Part shown: in pieces, positions 29,651 through 40,344 of the stretch
How the letters are laid out: each line of letters starts with the position of its first letter
Numbering within the stretch: the stretch's first letter is position 1
Assembly: GCA_041650755.1 (NCBI GenBank)
Contig: JBAZKN010000001.1
Span: 136,080 to 200,079, forward strand
Direction of reading: 5' to 3'
DNA length: 64,000 nt
DNA from: Patescibacteria group bacterium
GTDB taxonomy: Bacteria > Patescibacteriota > Patescibacteriia > UBA1558 > GWA2-36-10
The notes under the pieces: generated by a model
Database searches by the model: none
What the model saw: only the letters and a program-made list of their open reading frames with translations
Told to the model about the DNA's origin: nothing
Position numbers and translations under genes: made by a program

Positions 29651-31144
29651 TTATTTACCTTTTGGTCTCATGGTGGGAAATAAAATTACTTCTTTGACAT
29701 TTTCCTGGTCGGTCAAAAGCATTACCAAGCGGTCAATGCCTAGGCCCAGGCCAGCTGTCGGCGGCATGCCGTGCTTTAAGGCTTCAACAAAATCGGCATC
29801 AGCACCAAAGGCCTCATCGTCCCCTGCTTTGCGCAAACGGGATTGCTCTTTGAATCTGGCTTCCTGATCCATAGGATCATTGAGCTCGGAAAAAGCGTTG
29901 CAAATTTCCGCTCCTTTGACCACCAGCTGAAACCTTTCTACATAATTCTGTCTATCGGGCAAGCGCTTGGCTAGCGGCGACAACTCCAATGGATGATTGA
30001 TAATAAAGGTGGGTTTGACAATATTTTTGCGTACAAATTTTTTGTACAATTCGTCCAAAAGCTTTCCCCTGCCCCAAGATTTGTCCACGGCAATTTGCGC
30101 TTGTTTGGCTAACTTTTGCAGGGTTTCATAGCTGGATTTATCAATGTCGTGTTTAATGGCTTGGTTGAGCGCTTGTCTGAAATCAAGGCGCGGATAGGGC
30201 GGCTTGAAATCCAAAACATCGTGGCCGTTTTTTATCTTTAAGCTACCATGATTTATATTTTTGACCAGCCAAGACAAATATTTTTCTATAAAGGTCATCA
30301 AAAACTGATAATCCTTGTAGGCCCAATAAGCCTCTACTTGGGTAAACTCTGGATTATGTTGATGATCTATGCCCTCATTACGAAAACATCTGCCCAATTC
30401 ATAAACCTGTTCATAGCCACCAATTATTAAGCGCTTCAAATAAAGCTCTGGTGCAACCCGCAAATATAGATCCATCTTGAGAGTCTGATGATGAGTGACA
30501 AATGGTTTGGCAGCCGCCCCACCGGCTACAGTCTGCAAAATCGGAGTGTCCACTTCGATAAAACCCTGCTCATCAAACCATTGGCGCGTAAGTTTTATAA
30601 TTTGGCTGCGCTGCAAAAAAACTTTTTTAATAGCTGGATTAACCAAAATATCCAGGTGCCGCTTGCGATAACGCAGATCAGCATCTTTGAGGCCATAATA
30701 TTCGTCTGGCAAAGACAACAAAGTTTTTGCCAAAATCTTTATTGATACGGCCATCAGCGTAGGCTCTTTGGTCTTAGTCAAAAAAGCTGTACCAGATAAT
30801 TCTACGAAATCCCCCTGATCAAAATTATTTTTAAACAAACTATAATTTTTTTCACCCACCACATCTTTGCGCAACCAAATCTGAACCTTACCATTAGCAT
30901 CGCTTAGGTGCATAAAGCAAGAACCACCCTGTAACCTGATACTCAACAACCGGCCATGCAAAATTACTTTTTTCTTATTTTTCAATAACTGCTTAAATTG
31001 GGACAAAAAATCCGCTGTACTCAAACTAGGCTTAGTTTGACTGGGATAAGGATCGACTTTAGCTAAACGCAAATTTTTGAGCTTACTGGCACGCTGTTGG
31101 TATTCATCGTTGATATCAAGCGCTGGTTTGGCTTTGGATTGCAT
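29651..31144 (-). CDS. lysS: lysyl-tRNA synthetase (class II)
   Basis: OB-fold N-term, ELGRCFRNEGID, GLGIDRL motifs. Confidence 0.9.
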   Translation of the reverse strand: MQSKAKPALDINDEYQQRASKLKNLRLAKVDPYPSQTKPSLSTADFLSQFKQLLKNKKKVILHGRLLSIRLQGGSCFMHLSDANGKVQIWLRKDVVGEKNYSLFKNNFDQGDFVELSGTAFLTKTKEPTLMAVSIKILAKTLLSLPDEYYGLKDADLRYRKRHLDILVNPAIKKVFLQRSQIIKLTRQWFDEQGFIEVDTPILQTVAGGAAAKPFVTHHQTLKMDLYLRVAPELYLKRLIIGGYEQVYELGRCFRNEGIDHQHNPEFTQVEAYWAYKDYQFLMTFIEKYLSWLVKNINHGSLKIKNGHDVLDFKPPYPRLDFRQALNQAIKHDIDKSSYETLQKLAKQAQIAVDKSWGRGKLLDELYKKFVRKNIVKPTFIINHPLELSPLAKRLPDRQNYVERFQLVVKGAEICNAFSELNDPMDQEARFKEQSRLRKAGDDEAFGADADFVEALKHGMPPTAGLGLGIDRLVMLLTDQENVKEVILFPTMRPKGK

Positions 31145-31255
31145 AATTTCACAAATAAAATAATTTATAGCTTTGGCTAAGTTAACTTAATCATAACTAA
31201 TTTTAGCCCAAAAAGCAAGAAAAAATCCTTATTTTACCGATCTAGCCAAGGCAGA

Positions 31256-32062
31256 TTAACCAACTTTTGGCAAGCTTTGGCCTCTGAATTTCCATAAGTA
31301 TTTGGCAAAGCTGACAATGTGGTGGCGAGCAGATTTATTGAATAAACTTTTGGGTAAATTATCAGCAGCTGACTGACGGCGATGCAGGTGGATCACTTCT
31401 GCCCGGCCTATGTAGGCCACTTTATAACCAGCCTGCCAAAAACGCCGCGACCAATCCAGATCTTCCATATACATAAAATATCGTTCATCAAGCAAACCAA
31501 CCCTATCCAATGCTTGCCTACGAATAAGTAAACAGGCGCCAAACAAAGCTGGCACAAAAACGTTTTGCAGGTGATCAAGGTCTTTCATTAAATATTTGTC
31601 CAGCCAGATTTGACCGCCAGATCTTTCACCAAAAGGAGTACGGCGGTAAATAGGTAAGCGCCAATCCGGAAAAGTAGTGCAAGAATATTGAATGCTCTTA
31701 TCGGCATTGACTAAACGTGGACCGGATAAACCCACTTCCGGATGCTGCTCCAGATAATCATACATGGTTTGAATAGCTGGCGATAAAAAAGCCAAATCGG
31801 GATTGCATAATAAAATATATTTCCCCTGGGCTCTCTTCATGCCTAGATTATTACCATAAGCAAAACCGCCGTTAAACTGGCTTTGAATAAATTTGACTTG
31901 GGGAAATTGCTTGGCCACAATCTCTGCCAAACCATCGTATGAAGCATTATCTACCACGATTACTTCAAAATCATAGGGCAGGTGTAGATCAAATAAATTA
32001 TCCAATAGCTCCTTGGTCAGATTTTTATTGCGATAATTCAAAATAATAATTGACAAATCCAT
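31256..32062 (-). CDS. family 2 glycosyltransferase
   Basis: IIILNYRN...VVDNASYDG GT-A signature. Confidence 0.7.
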   Translation of the reverse strand: MDLSIIILNYRNKNLTKELLDNLFDLHLPYDFEVIVVDNASYDGLAEIVAKQFPQVKFIQSQFNGGFAYGNNLGMKRAQGKYILLCNPDLAFLSPAIQTMYDYLEQHPEVGLSGPRLVNADKSIQYSCTTFPDWRLPIYRRTPFGERSGGQIWLDKYLMKDLDHLQNVFVPALFGACLLIRRQALDRVGLLDERYFMYMEDLDWSRRFWQAGYKVAYIGRAEVIHLHRRQSAADNLPKSLFNKSARHHIVSFAKYLWKFRGQSLPKVG

Positions 32063-32065
32063 AAT

Positions 32066-33061
32066 TTATCTAAACCATTGATAAATATCGCCGGCCTTGA
32101 GGCGGCTATATTTATGAATAAAGCGTCTTTTTTTGGTCATAATCGGTATCAGCCTGATAAATTCACCTAAACCCGTTAAAGTACTGGGCTCAAAAATCAA
32201 CAAATAAATAAACTTCTTTATTTCATACCAGGCTATCTGCCAAAAATCTCGCCAGTTGTTCCGGCAAAAAGAATTTTTGTATAATAGGCAAAAATGATTG
32301 CGATAAGACATTTTGCTGGCCAAACCCCGATACTGCCGGCGCTGCCTCAGCGATTGCCGACCAGACAAGCTGCGATGATGGTAAGCCTTGGTTTTTGGTT
32401 CAAGCCAATTTTCCCAAGCCGCAAGAAGCAAGCGCCAAGCCAAATCAACATCTTCTTTGTAAGCAAAAAAATCTTCATCAAAATATTCTGACTCATTATG
32501 CCCGCGTACCCACTTCACGCTCTCTAGAGCCTGCCGGCGATAAAGCGTGGCCACAGCAGATAAACCAAACACTGCCTGCCTGGGTACTTCCCTATCCTCT
32601 TCTCCTTGGGCAATATCTTTGGCTTCGCGTTGACGATTTATTTTTAATCCCAAGGAATCTATAATATTTGTCTTTTTGTGCTCGGCAAAATCCCAATGCA
32701 AAACTTTGCCGGCCACACTGGCAGCCTCGCTGTGTTGATCCAAAAACTTGACCAAAGTCTGTATATAGTCCGGCTCCAAAATCACATCCTGGTTTAAGAC
32801 CAAAACATAATCTGATTTTGACCACTTGATCAAGAGATTGTGCCCTTTGGCAAAACCCAAATTTTGCTTTTGTTTTATAATAGTAGCTTGAGGGAAATAT
32901 TCCTCCACCACAGCCACCGAATTATCATAAGAAGCATTATCCAAAACCAACAATTCCCAATCTTTATAAATCTGATCGTGCAAACTATTTAAAAGCATGG
33001 GCAAATATTTGGCGCCGTTCCAGGTCAATAAACTAATGGTTAATTTTGACTTATCACTCAT
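32066..33061 (-). CDS. family 2 glycosyltransferase
   Basis: SLLTWNG...LDNASYDNS. Confidence 0.7.
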   Translation of the reverse strand: MSDKSKLTISLLTWNGAKYLPMLLNSLHDQIYKDWELLVLDNASYDNSVAVVEEYFPQATIIKQKQNLGFAKGHNLLIKWSKSDYVLVLNQDVILEPDYIQTLVKFLDQHSEAASVAGKVLHWDFAEHKKTNIIDSLGLKINRQREAKDIAQGEEDREVPRQAVFGLSAVATLYRRQALESVKWVRGHNESEYFDEDFFAYKEDVDLAWRLLLAAWENWLEPKTKAYHHRSLSGRQSLRQRRQYRGLASKMSYRNHFCLLYKNSFCRNNWRDFWQIAWYEIKKFIYLLIFEPSTLTGLGEFIRLIPIMTKKRRFIHKYSRLKAGDIYQWFR

Positions 33062-34500
33062 ATAGCTGCTGTTTGATTACTTGGCCCCCGACCAATTATC
33101 ACCGTTATAAGCATCAAGATGCCCAAGCCTAAGGGGTGGTTTAAATATGGGCTAAAAACATGGATTAAAACAAGCCCAAATAAAACAGCCAAACATACCA
33201 AATAATCCAAATTTTGTTTAATTATAGCATAAGCTCGCCAGTATATTAAAATCAGCCACCACAATACCCCAAAGACCAGGATAATACCGCCCTTAATAAA
33301 CATATCCAGCCAACCCCACTCAAAAGCATGGGTAGTGGTGATGCCGCTGGGGTTAGCGGCGTTTTTTATTCTGGGATCGCTAGAATAATAAGTCAAACTA
33401 TAGCCAAAACCATGGCCAAAAACCGGTGCCTGAGAAATCGCCTTAAGCATTGGCGAAAGCAATGCCTGACGACTAGAAATGCCCGGCTCTTGACCTGAAA
33501 AAGAACGGAACCCAAAAATATTGACTGTATGATACTTTGGCACATTGTACAAAAGTAAAACAAGACTGAAGCTAATAATCGCCACCAAAACCACCACTCG
33601 CCAAAACCGGCCAGTCAATATTTTTTTGTTAAACAGCAAAATATTAATAAACAAAAACACAAAAGCAGCCGCTCCACCCAGCCAAAAACTGCGCGACAGA
33701 CTAAGCAGCAAAGCAGCGGAAAATAAGACCAAATAAAATATGTTTTTTATTCTGCCGGGAAAATTGATTTCCTGCCACCAAACCAGTAGCCACGCCAAAA
33801 TAAGATATATTTGCGACTGACTAAAAATACGATAAAAATTATCCGGTAAGGGAGTGATCTCGCCCCAACGTGTATCACGCAGCCATTTATAAAAATCTAT
33901 CAGCTGGATATAATTGCCTTGAGAAAAAACATAAAAAACCATCAAAGTCTTGACTGCCAAAAAAGCCGACGTAATTTTCAACAAACGCCAAATATCAGCC
34001 TTGTATCGGCTATCATATACCTGCCACCAGATCGGCAGATATAATAAATAAAAATAAGCGTTGGCATCATATAAAATATTTGGCAGCGGCCGTTGGTAAT
34101 AGAAAGCCAACAATATGTCAGCTAATATAATAACAAAAAATATTAATAAGCCATACCAAATTTTACGATCCTTAATAATTTTTAAGGTAAATTTCCGGCT
34201 AAGCAAATTAATCGAAAACCAAAGCAAAATTACTAGCCAGATCACTAAGCGCAAATTAAAAAATCCATAACTAAAACTATGCCCCATTGCCCCCCAAACT
34301 AGCTCTATCAAAGGCAAATATAGGGCATAAATTGCTTTTCTGTTTATCAGATAAAAAGTCAGGCCAACTAGCAACAATAAAATAATAATATTCAAAAACG
34401 GCCAGTGCCAAGCCGGGACGGTCAATAATTCCAAGGCCAGTAGAGACAAAAAAATCTTAATGCTAGAAGGCAGTCGGTTTATTCTTGAAAGCCAAAACAT
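33058..34500 (-). CDS. polytopic membrane protein, O-antigen polymerase/ligase (Wzy)-like
   Basis: ~10+ TM helices, embedded between GT genes. Confidence 0.5.
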   Translation of the reverse strand: MFWLSRINRLPSSIKIFLSLLALELLTVPAWHWPFLNIIILLLLVGLTFYLINRKAIYALYLPLIELVWGAMGHSFSYGFFNLRLVIWLVILLWFSINLLSRKFTLKIIKDRKIWYGLLIFFVIILADILLAFYYQRPLPNILYDANAYFYLLYLPIWWQVYDSRYKADIWRLLKITSAFLAVKTLMVFYVFSQGNYIQLIDFYKWLRDTRWGEITPLPDNFYRIFSQSQIYLILAWLLVWWQEINFPGRIKNIFYLVLFSAALLLSLSRSFWLGGAAAFVFLFINILLFNKKILTGRFWRVVVLVAIISFSLVLLLYNVPKYHTVNIFGFRSFSGQEPGISSRQALLSPMLKAISQAPVFGHGFGYSLTYYSSDPRIKNAANPSGITTTHAFEWGWLDMFIKGGIILVFGVLWWLILIYWRAYAIIKQNLDYLVCLAVLFGLVLIHVFSPYLNHPLGLGILMLITVIIGRGPSNQTAAI

Positions 34501-35338
34501 AAATAATAGTTAAGCATAAATTGATTGGCACCAGCAAAGTAAGTACCAGAGCCTGATACCAGGGCCTATTTTTCCAAAAATAATAAACTAGGCTGCGGTC
34601 AAAAATCCATTGCTTGCCCAAAGAGTTTGCCAATTTGAAACTGGCGCCACCATGATGGATGATCTGCAGTTGCGGCACGTATCTGATGTCAAGGCCCGCT
34701 TTTTTTACTCGATAGCACAAATCAACTTCTTCAAACCAGACAAAAAAATGCTCATCAAACAACCCGATTTTATCAAATAAATCTCGCCGGCAGATCATAG
34801 CCGCGCCCATAATCTGATCCACTGATTGCTCACGACTATAGTCAAAGTCAGCTGCCAAATAATTGGCTAAATATTTGTGCTGGGGCAGGATATTTTTTAA
34901 TTTAAATAAAATCAAAATCTGCGACTTGAGATCAGGCAAGCGACGGATGGAGGCTTGCGGGGAACCATCCGGATTCAATAACTTTGGCCCCAATAAAGAA
35001 ACTTCCGAGTGCTCCTGAAAATACTTTAAAACACCGGGGAAAAAATTTGGCATAAGCTCTGTGTCTGGATTCAACAAGCAAATAATCTCACCGGCCGCTT
35101 GCTTAATGGCTAGATTAGTAGCTTTGGCAAAACCACAATTTTTATCCAAACCGACAAATTTGACATCGGGGAAATCCATCATCAGCATCTCTGCCAGATT
35201 ATCCCGAGAATCATTGTCCACTACAATAATTTCTATATTGATGCCGTCCGAATAAGCCAAAATACTTTTTAGGCATTGCTCTACCAAGCGGCGCACCCGC
35301 CAATTGACGATAATAACGGAAATTTCTGGCTTCAGCAT
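34463..35338 (-). CDS. family 2 glycosyltransferase
   Basis: VIIVNWRV...VVDNDSRDN. Confidence 0.7.
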   Translation of the reverse strand: MLKPEISVIIVNWRVRRLVEQCLKSILAYSDGINIEIIVVDNDSRDNLAEMLMMDFPDVKFVGLDKNCGFAKATNLAIKQAAGEIICLLNPDTELMPNFFPGVLKYFQEHSEVSLLGPKLLNPDGSPQASIRRLPDLKSQILILFKLKNILPQHKYLANYLAADFDYSREQSVDQIMGAAMICRRDLFDKIGLFDEHFFVWFEEVDLCYRVKKAGLDIRYVPQLQIIHHGGASFKLANSLGKQWIFDRSLVYYFWKNRPWYQALVLTLLVPINLCLTIIYVLAFKNKPTAF

Positions 35339-35342
35339 AAAA

Positions 35343-36512
35343 CTAATTTAATTTATTATTAATCAGCTCCAGCATCTTATTGACAGTATTGAGCCAAGAA
35401 TATTTTTTGACAAAATCTTGACGAGCTGCCTCTTGCTGAGGGTCATCAGCCTGCAGGGCTTCATTTACCAATTTATTAAATTCTTCATAGGTTTTGCCTA
35501 CTTTGATGATTTTATCCAAATTTTCCGTGCCAACATTGGCGGTAGACACCACCGGCTTGCCGCAGGCCAAATACTCATATATTTTCATGGGATTGGTGCT
35601 GGCAGAAAAATCGCTGCTCTTATGGGGCACAATGCCCAGATCAAACTGTTGGATATACATCGGAGCTTCGGCATAGGTTTTGTAACCCAAAAAATGAACA
35701 TTGGCATAGTTTGCCAATCTAGTCCTAGACGGATCCTGCTCGTCCCAAACCGGGCCGACCATAACAATTGATTTGTCTGGATTATTTTTAGCCAAAAATT
35801 CAACTAAGTCCAGATCAACTTTTTCCTGAATAACCCCGATATAGCCAATAATCGGCTTTTTGATGTCGGCGATGTCGCGATTCAGCAAAGCAAAATTTTG
35901 ATTATAGTGCAAAAGATCTACTCCATTTGGTATCCAATAAACATTTGCTTGGTCTTCAAAAAAATTAAGCAAATTTTTGGATACCGTAAAAATCAGGTCT
36001 GCTTGGCTTTTGATTATTTCATAGGACCTTTTCAGGCGCTCCTGCTGTTTTTGATAAGAGGAATGCAAAAGCCAGTTGTCCACTGCATCGAAAACTATTA
36101 ATTTCTGGCCCATTTTTTGCCAATAAGGGGCAATAAAAGGGAAAAATGACCACAAGACATAATCGCCAAAATTAAGCTCTATGGCTAATTTCCTAATCTG
36201 CTTCATGGTCCGATTTGGTCGCCAGAACCAATTAATATCAGTATAAACATACAGCTTTTCTGATACTTTGGTCAGCTTACTGCCCAGACGCCGCCGCACC
36301 ACTTCGCCTTCTTTTAAATTTAAAACTAAGTCTTCCTTGTAGATGCGCAAGGCGCGTTTCATGGTCAGGGGCAAATAATCAATTGCCAAAATTTTGCCAA
36401 TTTCCGGACAAGCTTGCAACTGGCGCAAAACATGATAATTACGATTTGATACGCCCTCCTCCCATTCAGAATAATTGGACATATTAAACATCACCACATC
36501 AAATTGCTTCAT
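35343..36512 (-). CDS. GT4/GT1-family glycosyltransferase
   Basis: C-terminal E..P.KIYEYLACGKPVV motif. Confidence 0.6.
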   Translation of the reverse strand: MKQFDVVMFNMSNYSEWEEGVSNRNYHVLRQLQACPEIGKILAIDYLPLTMKRALRIYKEDLVLNLKEGEVVRRRLGSKLTKVSEKLYVYTDINWFWRPNRTMKQIRKLAIELNFGDYVLWSFFPFIAPYWQKMGQKLIVFDAVDNWLLHSSYQKQQERLKRSYEIIKSQADLIFTVSKNLLNFFEDQANVYWIPNGVDLLHYNQNFALLNRDIADIKKPIIGYIGVIQEKVDLDLVEFLAKNNPDKSIVMVGPVWDEQDPSRTRLANYANVHFLGYKTYAEAPMYIQQFDLGIVPHKSSDFSASTNPMKIYEYLACGKPVVSTANVGTENLDKIIKVGKTYEEFNKLVNEALQADDPQQEAARQDFVKKYSWLNTVNKMLELINNKLN

Positions 36513-36516
36513 ATTT

Positions 36517-37617
36517 TTATAAAATATCTTTTAGTTTTTTACTTTGCTCGACATCGCTCAAAAAATCACGACTGCGCAACCGAGCTTGTTCACCCAATTT
36601 TTTGGCTAGTTCGGCATTGCCCAAAATAGTGGTCAAGGCTAATTTTAACTGGGCCAAGCTATCGCTGTCAACTAGCAGAGCGCTTTGTTTATCAGTCAGA
36701 ATTTCCAGCACTCCTCCGCTCTTACCGGCAATAATCGGCAGGCCATATTGGGCTGCTTCCAAAAAAACCATGCCAAAACCCTCAACATCAGCTGCTCGAT
36801 AGCGGTTGGGCAGAACAAAAATATCAGCCAATCCATAAACTGCTGCTAATGCTTGATCGGAAATTTCACTACAAAAAATTATCTGCTGATCTAATTTTTT
36901 TTGAGCCACTAGCTGCTTCAAACTAGCCAATCCATATCCTTGGCCGACTATCAAATATTTTACATCCGTCCTCTTGAGATCAGCTAGGGCTCTGATCACC
37001 AAATCATGTCCTTTGCGGTAAACCAAGCGCCCGACTGTCAACAAAATTCTATCACTACTTTTAATGTGATATTTTTCTTTTAGCTGACTTTGGAGCTGGA
37101 CATCGGGTTTGGGCAAAACAGCCACACTAGGATAAATGACAATTATTTTTTCTGGTGACAAATTCAAGCCCTGTATTAAACTGGCGGTGTATTTGGTGTT
37201 AACTATTATCTTATCGGCTGCAGCCAAAATACTCTTAGCCAGCTTTGGCTTATGTTTCAAGGCCAAATTGATATCCAGACCATGCAGAGAAACAATATAA
37301 GGAATTTTATAAAGCTTATAAAACATATAAGCTATTGTGCCTAAGGGCAAAATATTGGGTGTAAAAATCTGCTCTATTTTATTCTGGCGGATAATTTTTC
37401 TCAGTCTAAAGAAAGCCAACAGCCAGCTGGGCCAGATCAGATTATCTTTTAGCTGTAGATGAATAATATTGGCTCGACTGACAACCTGGGGATGATCACA
37501 GACTACTAGATAATCCGTGGTAGGAAAATACTTGAATAAATTATAACAATAGCGGGCTACACCGCCGGCAAAAGGATAATATTCATGAGTCAATAACAAA
37601 GTCTTACGCATCCCCAC
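36517..37617 (-). CDS. GT4 family glycosyltransferase
   Basis: YPFAGGVA N-term and EGFGMVFLEA C-term motifs. Confidence 0.7.
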   Translation of the reverse strand: MGMRKTLLLTHEYYPFAGGVARYCYNLFKYFPTTDYLVVCDHPQVVSRANIIHLQLKDNLIWPSWLLAFFRLRKIIRQNKIEQIFTPNILPLGTIAYMFYKLYKIPYIVSLHGLDINLALKHKPKLAKSILAAADKIIVNTKYTASLIQGLNLSPEKIIVIYPSVAVLPKPDVQLQSQLKEKYHIKSSDRILLTVGRLVYRKGHDLVIRALADLKRTDVKYLIVGQGYGLASLKQLVAQKKLDQQIIFCSEISDQALAAVYGLADIFVLPNRYRAADVEGFGMVFLEAAQYGLPIIAGKSGGVLEILTDKQSALLVDSDSLAQLKLALTTILGNAELAKKLGEQARLRSRDFLSDVEQSKKLKDIL

Positions 37618-39052
37618 CCCTCTTTTTTAAAGCCGACTTTAAGTACTGCCAATCGGCCTTACCAATATTGCCAAAAATTATCATTAATAATAGATATGTG
37701 ATAATAGCTAAAGCAATATTTATAAATACTGATACCAGATCGCTCATACTCCAAACAAGTAAGGCCATCAGACCGGCAGCAATAATGCTCAATAATACCG
37801 GCCGCCAAACGGAAAATCCCAATTTTATGACTTGACAGACAGCTGTTAAATTTAAAATGAACAGCAAAATTGTGCTTAGTGAAGAGGCTAGACTGGCACC
37901 TACTGCCCCCCAAGATTTGAGTAAAAACAAATTCAATATAATATTGCTGAGCATGACTAAACCCAAGTTGCGGGTATTGATAATCTGTCGGTCAGTAGCA
38001 TTGAGAAAGTATGACAAGGCAAAATTAACAAACAAAAACGGCAAACTTAAAATCAATATTTGCAAAGGTAAAATAGAATTTAAATAATGAACCGTATAAA
38101 GCTTGGTGATGATCACGCCCCCTAGGCTGGTAATGCCCAAGGCTATCGGCCAAGCTATAAAAGACAAATAGTGTATTGCCTTGGTCAGAGCTTGAGCCAA
38201 GCGATCCTTATCGTTTTGCCAATAATGCGACAAGGCCGGATACAGAGCTGCCACAAAAGCCAGAGGTATAAACTGAAAAGCAAAAGTAATTTTGTAAGCT
38301 ACGCTATAATAACCTAATTGCGTTGCGCCCCGCATACCCTCTAGCAACAAGCTGTCTATATAGGCGTAAATCTTGGCAAAGACAGCCGATAAGGCAAACG
38401 GCCAGGTGATTAAAAAGATTTCCTTAACAAATGGCCTATCCAAATATAGCTTGAGTCGCAGATGATATTTTTTGAATAACAAATAAGCTGAAAAAATAAG
38501 ATTAAAGGTGCTGGCTGATAAAATGACCAGAATAAAAGGATAAAGCTGGCTATTGAAACGCATTACCAGCAAACCGGCAATCATAATAATTAGCTGAAAG
38601 AGCATGGTGCCGATTGACTCATAAAACAAATTCTGTCGGCCACGAATAAAACCGTAAAATGTCAAAGTAAAACTATCAATAATAACTATCAAAGTAGTTA
38701 AATAAATCAACGGTCGCACAATATTATTGGCATACAGTAGCCAATCCAAACCAATAATAATAATTGCCGTCAATAAACCCAGGATTAGTTTCAGAGAAAA
38801 AATTTGGCTGAATAATCTATGCTCATCAATCTGCTTTTTGGCAATTTCTCTGATTAAGACGGCTGACAAGCCAAAATCACTAATCACTGACAACATCATG
38901 GCAAAACTGAGTGCTAGCTGATATTGGCCGTAGTGGGTCGGCCCCAAATGCCTGGCTAGTAAAGTAAAATAAATAAAAGAAAAAAGCTTTTGGATAATCA
39001 AAGCCAATAAGTACCAGGTAGTATTGGAGGTGATTTTTTGACCAGTCACCAT
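37604..39052 (-). CDS. oligosaccharide flippase (Wzx/MOP superfamily)
   Basis: 12-14 TM, polysaccharide biosynthesis protein-like N-terminus. Confidence 0.6.
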   Translation of the reverse strand: MVTGQKITSNTTWYLLALIIQKLFSFIYFTLLARHLGPTHYGQYQLALSFAMMLSVISDFGLSAVLIREIAKKQIDEHRLFSQIFSLKLILGLLTAIIIIGLDWLLYANNIVRPLIYLTTLIVIIDSFTLTFYGFIRGRQNLFYESIGTMLFQLIIMIAGLLVMRFNSQLYPFILVILSASTFNLIFSAYLLFKKYHLRLKLYLDRPFVKEIFLITWPFALSAVFAKIYAYIDSLLLEGMRGATQLGYYSVAYKITFAFQFIPLAFVAALYPALSHYWQNDKDRLAQALTKAIHYLSFIAWPIALGITSLGGVIITKLYTVHYLNSILPLQILILSLPFLFVNFALSYFLNATDRQIINTRNLGLVMLSNIILNLFLLKSWGAVGASLASSLSTILLFILNLTAVCQVIKLGFSVWRPVLLSIIAAGLMALLVWSMSDLVSVFINIALAIITYLLLMIIFGNIGKADWQYLKSALKKRGGDA

Positions 39053-39102
39053 GAGCTCATTATAACAAAATGTTTAGCTTTTTACCATACCCATAAACAC
39101 CA

Positions 39103-39132
39103 AAAAACCCCGTAAAATAAGGGTTTTTTTAT
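39103..39132. terminator. bidirectional intrinsic terminator AAAAAACCC-loop-GGGTTTTTTT
   Basis: Read directly downstream of rpsI. Confidence 0.6.
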
Positions 39133-39175
39133 AAAAAATAAATTTTGCTTTTGGATTTTTTGGATATTTCGCAAA

Positions 39176-39583
39176 CTAGCGTTTGCTCCATTGTGGAGCA
39201 CGGCGGGCTTTTTTCAGACCCGGTTTCTTTCTTTCTTTGATGCGGGAATCTCTAGTCAATAAGCCCTCTTTGCGTAAAGTAGTGCGTAAATTTTCATCCA
39301 TCTCAACTAGAGCTTTGGCAATTGCATGTTTGATGCTATCCACCTGGCCACGAATACCACCGCCCAAAACTCTGATAGAAACAGCTATCTTGTCTTTGCC
39401 TACAGCTCTTAGAGGGTGCAGGATCATTTCTTGCCACTCAAAATAGGGAAAATATTCTTTAAAATCTTTACCGTTGATGGTAATTTTGATCTCATTGACT
39501 TTTTCCGGCAAAAGCCTGGCTCGGGCAATAGCGGCTTTTCTCTTGCCAACAGCGTGGATATATTTGGGGCTTGCGTGTACCAT
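39176..39583 (-). CDS. rpsI: 30S ribosomal protein S9
   Basis: GKRKAAIARARL ... KKARRAPQWSKR. Confidence 0.9.
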   Translation of the reverse strand: MVHASPKYIHAVGKRKAAIARARLLPEKVNEIKITINGKDFKEYFPYFEWQEMILHPLRAVGKDKIAVSIRVLGGGIRGQVDSIKHAIAKALVEMDENLRTTLRKEGLLTRDSRIKERKKPGLKKARRAPQWSKR

Positions 39584-39588
39584 AATAA

Positions 39589-39936
39589 TTAGCTAATAGT
39601 TAATCTTTTTAACATCTTTGGTCTTAATTTGTTTTTGGGCAGCATATTGTATACTGTCTTGCGCAAAACTTCGGCCGGGTTTGAGGCCATCAAGTCTTTT
39701 AGCTTGGTAGTGCGAATACCGCCCGGATACATGGTGGTACGATGATAGACTTTGCTGTCCAATTTGTTTCGAGAAAATTTGAGGCCTTTAATATTGCTTA
39801 CTTCTACATAGTCACCGCAATCAACATGCGACTGGTAACTCGTCTTATTTTTGCCTTGCAATAAAATAGCAATCCGGGAAGCCAGTCTTCCGGCAATTTG
39901 TCCATTAGCATCAATTTGATGTATCTTTCTTTCCAT
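39589..39936 (-). CDS. rplM: 50S ribosomal protein L13 (short form)
   Basis: L13 family N-terminus; position upstream of rpsI. Confidence 0.8.
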   Translation of the reverse strand: MERKIHQIDANGQIAGRLASRIAILLQGKNKTSYQSHVDCGDYVEVSNIKGLKFSRNKLDSKVYHRTTMYPGGIRTTKLKDLMASNPAEVLRKTVYNMLPKNKLRPKMLKRLTIS

Positions 39937-39940
39937 ATAT

Positions 39941-39984
39941 ATTTGCTTATGTCAATAGCTTATAGCATATAGCAATTATGCTTG
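39941..39984. repeat. heptad tandem repeat ((T)ATAWGC / CCATAWG-type) filling rplQ-rplM spacer
   Basis: GCTTATGTCAATAGCTTATAGCATATAGCAATTATGCTTG read directly. Confidence 0.6.
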
Positions 39985-40335
39985 TTAAACTAATTCTATT
40001 TGAGCCAAAGGCGCTCCATCGCCCTGACGCTGATGCATCTTGATAATACGGCAGTAGCCACCTTTGCGATCTTTATATTTAGGCCCCAGAACATCCAAAA
40101 TCTTTTGCACGGCTTTTTTATCATGCAAAAATCTGCCTAATTGCTGCTTGGTGTGGACAGATTTGACTTTGCCTTTGGTTATCAATCTCTCAACTTTTGG
40201 CTTAACAGTTTTAGCTTTGCTTTCAGTAGTCACTACTTTTTCATACAAAATAACCGAAGTGACCAAGTTGTCGAGCAAAGCTCGACGCGGGCCGGTCAAA
40301 CGTCTTAATTTTTTACCTACTTTGCGGTGTCTCAT
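39985..40335 (-). CDS. rplQ: 50S ribosomal protein L17
   Basis: MRHRKVGKKLRRLTGPRRALL. Confidence 0.9.
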   Translation of the reverse strand: MRHRKVGKKLRRLTGPRRALLDNLVTSVILYEKVVTTESKAKTVKPKVERLITKGKVKSVHTKQQLGRFLHDKKAVQKILDVLGPKYKDRKGGYCRIIKMHQRQGDGAPLAQIELV

Positions 40336-40344
40336 GGCAATAAA

